DNA of 64,000 nt from Rebecca billardiae RCC1528 (lineage: Eukaryota > Protista > Haptophyta), in contig OZ251238.1 in the NCBI GenBank assembly GCA_965240325.2, positions 310,001 to 374,000 of the forward strand, given 5' to 3'. The position numbers were made by a program, and so were the translations under genes. A model generated the notes under the pieces. It ran no database searches, was not told the origin of the DNA, and worked only from the letters and a program-made list of their open reading frames with translations. Shown here piece by piece: positions 58,571-64,000 of the stretch (positions are counted from its first letter, which is position 1; each line of letters starts with the position of its first letter).

Positions 58571-58644
58571 GCGCCCGCACCATGACGCGCGACCACACAC
58601 CGCCCCACGCGGGTGGTCGTCGCCGAGAGACGCAATGCAGGCGC
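58571..58644 (+). promoter_or_regulatory. SECIS element (type II) in the 3' UTR
   Basis: Helix I is GCGCCCGCA/TGCAGGCGC. The core is ATGA (58582-58585) with GA (58625-58626). Helix II is GCGCGACCAC/GTGGTCGTCGC. The apical bulge is ACA, with a CCGC/GCGG ministem. Confidence 0.85.
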
Positions 58645-59066
58645 ATGCCGCACGGAGCCGCCGCCCCAGACCGAGTCCGAGCCCGTGACTGAACTACTCG
58701 TCGTAGAGTACCGTTGCAAGCCCGTGGCCATTCGCCGATTCGGCTCCGACGGGACACTGCGATTTAATAGACCGTAGTCGAGTCGTCATCATTTTGATTA
58801 TAAATAAGCCGCCATCCGACGCGGGCACTGATGGTGCTTGAGCGCCATCGCGAAGTCCTACGGAGTACGGATCAGCTGCGCGGACTCGGCGGAGCCGGAG
58901 TCGCCGCCCGACAGTCGCGCCCGAGGCCGAGCCCGGATCAATATTCAATGCCGCTGCGCGCTCGTTACGCGGACGAGGTCGAATCGAGCGCGCAGCCTGC
59001 TGCTCGCTGCATCACCGCGTGCCCGCCCGGCCGTCACGCCGGGCGGCCGTCAGTCGTCAGTCGTCA

Positions 59067-62000
59067 TCAGCTGAAGTGGTGCTCGACGTGCGCGTAGTAG
59101 GAGTGCGGGTTGCTCTCCTGCACCATCAGCTGCAGGCCGTGCCGGATCTGCCGGCGCAGGTGCGCGTGCGCGCGCGCGAGCTCCGCCTCCACACCGGCCG
59201 CCGAGTCGTCGGCGGCCGCAGGCGCAAGCGCACCCGGGCTCGAGGCGGGCGCACCCGCGGTGCCGGGTGCCGCCGCGCCGGTGGCGACGCTCGAGGCGCC
59301 GGACGGCGCGTGCGCGTGCTCGCACCGGCTGGCGTCGCCCGCGCCCCCGACGCGCGGCGCGTCCGCACGAAGCGGCGCGTCCGCGGCCGTCGAGTCGGTC
59401 GGCGTCGGCGCGGCCGCGGCGCTGGCGGCGGCAGCGTCGAGCTGGCGCGCCGCCTCCCACGCGGCGGCGATCGACTCGTGCACCGCGCCGGCGCCCTGCG
59501 CATGCGCGCACGCTTCGAGCACGCGCGCGTGCAGCCGAGCGGGGCAGCGGCTCAGCCCGTCGGCGAGCGCGTGCAGCGTGTCGTCGTGTAGCGAGATTGT
59601 ATCTCGGCCGTGGTCGTACGGCACGCGCTGCGCCGAGATGGAATCAGCGCCGCCCGCGCCGTCGGCGCCGGCGGCGGCCGACGCCGCGGGCTCGCGCGCG
59701 CGCGCGCCCGGCGCGGCTGTGTGCGCGTGCTGCCCCAGCAGACGCATCTCTCGCGCGCACGCGAGCGCGCCGCCCAGCTCGACGTAGAGCACGCCTGCTG
59801 CCGGCCGCTCGGCCGCGCCGGGCCGGCGGTAGACGGACACGCCGCGGTCTGGCCGGTTGTACGCCGCCGCGGCGGGCGCGTCTGGCGCGGGCGCGGCCGC
59901 GGCCATCGGGCCGCGGCCGCCGCCGCCCGCCGCCTCGGCGGGCGCCCGCGGCCGCGCGGGCGGCGTGCCAGCGTGCTGCGAAGCGCCTCGCACCGGGAGT
60001 GCGTGCGCATAGGGGCAGTCGGCGAGCGCGCACGGCGTGCCTGCGAGCGCGTGGCGGCACAGAGCCCCGCCCACGCGCGCGCGCAGGTGGTCTGCCAGCG
60101 TCGCACGCTGCTGGCCGGCCCCGCTGCCCGCGCCGCCGCCAGCCGCGCCACCGGCCGCGAGTGCTTGCTCGCCGCCGCCGCCGCCGGCCGCGCCGTTCCG
60201 CGCGCGGCCGCGCTCGGCGCGCGCAGCCCTCTTGAGCAGCGCGGAGAGGAGCGCGCGCCGCCTGCGCTGCGGGGCTGCGCGCGCGCGCTCGCCCCCGCCG
60301 CCTCCCCCGGCCGCGCCCTCGCCCTCCGCCTCCGCCTCCAGCGCGCGCATCTCATCCTCCGTTGGCCAGCGGAGCGGCGCGCCGCACGGCGCGCACACAG
60401 TGGGCGGCGCGCCCGCCGCGCCGCCGCCTCCGCCGCCTCCGCCGCCTCCGCCGCCTCCGCTGCCGGCCCAGCTGTCCACGATGGCGTGCAGCCGCGCCTC
60501 CACGGCCGCCGCCGAGCGCAGAGGGGCGTCGCGCTCCGCCGCCCAGCCGCGCGCCTCGGAGGCCGGCGCCGCCGACCCGCCGCCGCGCGCGCCGGCGCCG
60601 AGCGGCGGAGCCAGCGGCGGCGGCGGCGCAGCAGTGGGCGCGCGCAGCTGCGCTGCCGGGGCCAGTCGCGCCTCGCCCCGCGCCAGCCGCGCGCCGGGCA
60701 GCGCGAAGAGGAAGGCCGCGGCGGGCTCGTTGCGCTCGGAGCGCTCCCAGTCGAAGGCCAGGTGCGTCGCCCTGAGCCCGGCCGCGCGCGCGCACAGCGC
60801 CCCGAGCATCACGTGCTCGATCCCCAGGTGGAGCGTGCGGCAGCTCAGCGCCCACGCGCGCACGTGCACGGCGCGCGGTGGCGGCGCGCTCGCGCGCGGC
60901 GCGGCGGCGGGCGGCGCGGCGGCGGGCGGCGCGGCCGCGGCGGGCGGCGCGGCCGCTGGCGCTCCGGCGGCGCGCTCGCACGGCTCGAGCTCCGAGCCCG
61001 GCGGCAGCTCGCGCGTGCCCGCCTCGTGCACCACCAGCCCCACCTGCCCATGGTCGCCAAAGCGGTCAGCTGAGTGCACGGACAGCACGGCGTGGCGCGC
61101 GGCGCTGGCGAGGTGGCGCACGTCCGCGGCGGAGAGCGGGAGCTTGCGCGCGTTGTGCTGGTTGGTGCGCTCGCTCAGCTGCGCGGCGCGCACGAAGGGC
61201 GCGTCCTCGTCCGACGCCGCCGCCGCGTCGTCGCCGCCGCCGCCCGCCTGGGCCGGCGAGTCCGCGCCGGCCGGCGCGCCCGCGCGCTCGGTGGCTGGCG
61301 CCGCGGCCGCCGCGCCGCCGGCCGCGCCAGCCGGGCGCGCGCTCACGCCGCTGCCCGCGGCGGCGGGCTGCAGCGTCGTGATCGTGACGCGCACGTTGAG
61401 CGAGGCGAGCCACGCGTTCGACGACAGCGCGGCGGAGTGCACGCGCACGGCGGCGGCGGCGGGCGCGGCGGCTGGCTTGGCCGGGGGCGGTGGCGCGCTG
61501 GCCTCGGCCGCGCCGCCGCCACCGTTCGGCTGCGCGGCCGCGGCCGCCGCGTGCTCGGCGATGAAGGCGTGGCGCGCGAGCATCTGCCGGTACAGCGCCG
61601 TGCGCCGCGCGTCCTCCGCGCTCGCGCCGCCCGCCACCGCCCCCTCGGCCCCGCCCGCTCCGCGCGCGCGCCCCGTGTGCCCCGGCGCGCTCAGCACGCC
61701 GCCGCCGGCGCTCAGCGGCAGATCGAGAGCCCAGTGCGCGCGCACGAAGCCGAGCAGCGCGGAGGGGTCGCGCGGGAGCTGCACGACGGCGAGGCCCTCC
61801 GCGCCGAGCGCCGCGCGCACCTCCGCGCACTCCGCCGCCGAGTCGTCCACCAGCACGAACGCGCTCAGCGGCAGCGCGAGCGCGCGCGCCAGCCCGGCGA
61901 TGTTTTCAGACTTGGGCCGCCAGTTGGCGCGCACGGCGACAATGTGGCGCTCGAGGGAGATTTGCATCTCCGAGGCGCGCTGGGCGAAGACGGCGCGCAC

Positions 62001-62900
62001 GTCGGCCTCCTCGTTGCGCGAGCACAGGCACAGCAGCACGCCGCGCGCCTGCAGCGCCGCGCAGTGCGCCTGCACGCCGACGAACGGCGCGCCGAGCGCC
62101 ACGCGCGCCGCGCCCAGCTCCGCGACCGCGCCGCCCCAGAGCGTGTTGTCGCAGTCGAGAACGAGCACCTTGCGCGCGGGGCACGCGGCGCGGACGCACG
62201 CGCGGAGCGCGAGGCCCGCGAGCGCGGAGAGCGCCGCCGGCGTGTACGGCGCGTGCGCCATCCGCTCGAGGAACGGCGCGTGCCACGGCGCGCTGCGGCC
62301 GTCGGCCGCGCGCGCTCCGCACGCGGCCGCGCACGCCTCCTCCGCCTCGCTCGCGGGGATCACGTGCACGCGCTCGCCGAGCAGCGCGTGCGCGGCGAGG
62401 CCGTCGAGCAGGGCGTCGTGCGCGGCGCCGAGATCGCCGCTCTCGCGCGCCGCCGCCGTCAGCACCGGCGAGGGCGGCGCGCAGCACACGATGAGCGGCG
62501 CGGCGCACGCGGCGCACGAGCGGCGCACGGCCTCGACCAGCCGCGCGGCCGCACCGAGCAGCGGCGCGGCACCCGGCGCGCGGCCCGACGGCCCGTCGAG
62601 GATGCGCTCGGGGTGCTCGCCCACCACGTCCTCCAGCCGCGCGAAGAGCACGTTCACGCCGCCGTGCGCGCCGTTCGCGTTGAGCGCGCTCGCCGGGTCG
62701 CGAAGCGCATCGAGCTCACCGGCGGAGTAGCCGGCCCATCGGACGTCGAGGCAGACGCCGACGAGCTGCGTCGCCCAGACGCGCAGGGGCTCGGCCAGGC
62801 CATCGATGGCGAACGTGGCGGCCACGACCACGCGCAGCGGCGGCCGGCCAGCCGGCGGCTGCGACGGGCACGCGCGCCAGCCGTCGTCGGCCGCCGCCAT
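59067..62900 (-). CDS. FkbH-family HAD-IIIC phosphatase/glyceryl transferase with GNAT-like domain and CCCH zinc finger
   Basis: FkbH motifs are KVLVLDCDNTLWGG, CSRNEEADV, NWRPKSENI, FVLVDDSAAECAEVR, AQLSERTNQHN, DRFGDHGQVG and LSCRTL. The zinc finger is CRHALAGTPCALADCPYAH. Intronless. Confidence 0.88.
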   Translation of the reverse strand: MAAADDGWRACPSQPPAGRPPLRVVVAATFAIDGLAEPLRVWATQLVGVCLDVRWAGYSAGELDALRDPASALNANGAHGGVNVLFARLEDVVGEHPERILDGPSGRAPGAAPLLGAAARLVEAVRRSCAACAAPLIVCCAPPSPVLTAAARESGDLGAAHDALLDGLAAHALLGERVHVIPASEAEEACAAACGARAADGRSAPWHAPFLERMAHAPYTPAALSALAGLALRACVRAACPARKVLVLDCDNTLWGGAVAELGAARVALGAPFVGVQAHCAALQARGVLLCLCSRNEEADVRAVFAQRASEMQISLERHIVAVRANWRPKSENIAGLARALALPLSAFVLVDDSAAECAEVRAALGAEGLAVVQLPRDPSALLGFVRAHWALDLPLSAGGGVLSAPGHTGRARGAGGAEGAVAGGASAEDARRTALYRQMLARHAFIAEHAAAAAAQPNGGGGAAEASAPPPPAKPAAAPAAAAVRVHSAALSSNAWLASLNVRVTITTLQPAAAGSGVSARPAGAAGGAAAAAPATERAGAPAGADSPAQAGGGGDDAAAASDEDAPFVRAAQLSERTNQHNARKLPLSAADVRHLASAARHAVLSVHSADRFGDHGQVGLVVHEAGTRELPPGSELEPCERAAGAPAAAPPAAAAPPAAAPPAAAPRASAPPPRAVHVRAWALSCRTLHLGIEHVMLGALCARAAGLRATHLAFDWERSERNEPAAAFLFALPGARLARGEARLAPAAQLRAPTAAPPPPLAPPLGAGARGGGSAAPASEARGWAAERDAPLRSAAAVEARLHAIVDSWAGSGGGGGGGGGGGGGAAGAPPTVCAPCGAPLRWPTEDEMRALEAEAEGEGAAGGGGGGERARAAPQRRRRALLSALLKRAARAERGRARNGAAGGGGGEQALAAGGAAGGGAGSGAGQQRATLADHLRARVGGALCRHALAGTPCALADCPYAHALPVRGASQHAGTPPARPRAPAEAAGGGGRGPMAAAAPAPDAPAAAAYNRPDRGVSVYRRPGAAERPAAGVLYVELGGALACAREMRLLGQHAHTAAPGARAREPAASAAAGADGAGGADSISAQRVPYDHGRDTISLHDDTLHALADGLSRCPARLHARVLEACAHAQGAGAVHESIAAAWEAARQLDAAAASAAAAPTPTDSTAADAPLRADAPRVGGAGDASRCEHAHAPSGASSVATGAAAPGTAGAPASSPGALAPAAADDSAAGVEAELARAHAHLRRQIRHGLQLMVQESNPHSYYAHVEHHFS

Positions 62901-62985
62901 CGTCCACGACGTGCCCCCTTGTTCATGAGCAGGTCCGTGTTTGCGAGCCGCGTGCGCAGCTCGCTCTGGTCACCGTTGGCTCAGC

Positions 62986-63633
62986 ATGCCGCCCGCGCAA
63001 GTCGCCACCGTGGCGATCGTCGCGACCGTGCTGTGGTATGGGTGGCTCAAGCCGGGCGACGCGTCGAAGGCGGACATCGAGATCATCACCTCGTCCACCA
63101 CCGTCGAGCGCTACCTCGTGCCATTCAAGGAGCAACTCGGCCACGACTACGACGGCTACCGCAACCACGTGTACCGCACGCTCTCGTACGCGCTGCACCA
63201 CCTCGGCGGCACGCACGCCGCGAAGCGCAAGCAGATCGAGGAGGCACTGGTGTACCATGACCTCGGCCTGTGGACCGATGACGACCTGGCCTACCTCGAG
63301 CCGTCGTGGGCGCGCGCCGAGCGCGACCTGCGCAGCAAGCTCTCCGAGGAAGACCTGCAGCTGGTCAGAGACATCATCCGCTACCACCACAAGTTCACGC
63401 CCTTCAGCCGGGGCAAGCACGCGGACGTTGTCGACGCCGTGCGGAAGGCGGACTGGTGCGACTCGACGCATGGCCTCGTGAGCAAGGGCATGTCGAGCGA
63501 CAACATCGCAAAAGCGTTCGCCGAGCTGCCTGAGCGCGGCTTCTACTCGATCCTCGCGCGCTTCGGCCCGCGGCTGCGCGGCTACAACGTCCCGCTCATG
63601 GGCTACGAGATCGCGCAGATTTTCTACGTGTGA
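62986..63633 (+). CDS. HD-domain metal-dependent phosphohydrolase, bacterial type, with N-terminal TM/signal anchor
   Basis: YRNHVYR…LVYHDLGLW…YLEPS…IRYHHK…VRKADWCD shows the H…HD…HH…D pattern. Confidence 0.85.
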   Translation: MPPAQVATVAIVATVLWYGWLKPGDASKADIEIITSSTTVERYLVPFKEQLGHDYDGYRNHVYRTLSYALHHLGGTHAAKRKQIEEALVYHDLGLWTDDDLAYLEPSWARAERDLRSKLSEEDLQLVRDIIRYHHKFTPFSRGKHADVVDAVRKADWCDSTHGLVSKGMSSDNIAKAFAELPERGFYSILARFGPRLRGYNVPLMGYEIAQIFYV

Positions 63634-64000
63634 AGGCCGCTGGGGTCGACGGGCATGCGAGCTCCGCGCGCGTTGAAACCACGGACGCACTTGAGCGTGA
63701 AGTGCCAGTGATGATGAGTGTCAGTGAGTGGCGGCGGCGCGACTCAGGCTGGGCCGCGACACTCACACTTCACTGACTTCACATTCACAAGCCACAGTCG
63801 AGTACCAACGGTTGTCGGCGTCATCATCAATGACATCATCATCTCTCAAAGAGTAATCTGACTCAGAACCGGGCCGCGAACGCCAGGCTTGGCCCGGCCC
63901 CGAATGACAACCCGGGCGAGTCGCCAGGCCCAGGCCGCAGGCGCCCGTGACTGTCATGCCGCGGCGCGATATCCAGCGTATCTTGCTGGCAATTCTTGGA

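Noticed and set aside
7268-62730. Many long Arg/Ala-rich overlapping ORFs (e.g. 7268..10690+, 8735..11689-, 15331..17886-, 33386..36040+, 60037..62730+)
   Set aside because: They are shadow frames of real genes. Stops are rare at this GC content and the translations are low-complexity.
1-64000. tRNA/rRNA genes
   Set aside because: None were recognised by eye. tRNAscan-SE/Infernal would be needed to exclude them.

Overview
Very GC-rich eukaryotic nuclear DNA, not prokaryotic. It has compact genes, short GC-rich GT-AG introns (donor mostly GTGCGC, acceptor mostly CGCAG) and (TA)n/(GA)n microsatellites. Several products carry signal-peptide-plus-transit-like leaders. The style fits a secondary-plastid alga such as a pavlovalean haptophyte; this is an inference. 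About 19 host genes can be supported. They are an SK-type K+ channel (partial), a large IQ/CEP164-WW protein, a TIR/HET-like+LRR protein, a PA-7TM-TIR/HET-like receptor, a TRIC channel, PKD2, a MYCBP/FAP174-like protein, an ADCY10-type soluble adenylyl cyclase, beta-carotene hydroxylase, a BART-START fusion, a ROK kinase, a GAF protein, an EcKinase-like kinase, FkbH-CCCH, an HD protein and several small membrane proteins. Four things the ORF track hides: (1) a UGA-recoded selenoprotein M (CSSU, C-terminal KEEL) with an atypical SECIS; (2) two neighbouring genes sharing a TIR/HET-like domain, one fused to LRRs and one to a 7TM receptor, a candidate undescribed immune/signalling system; (3) a 1.8-kb non-coding retroelement with split direct repeats, a 64-bp hairpin array and a 21-bp TSD; (4) a 4.4-kb element with nested inverted repeats. 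All family assignments come from motif recognition by eye, without database searches.
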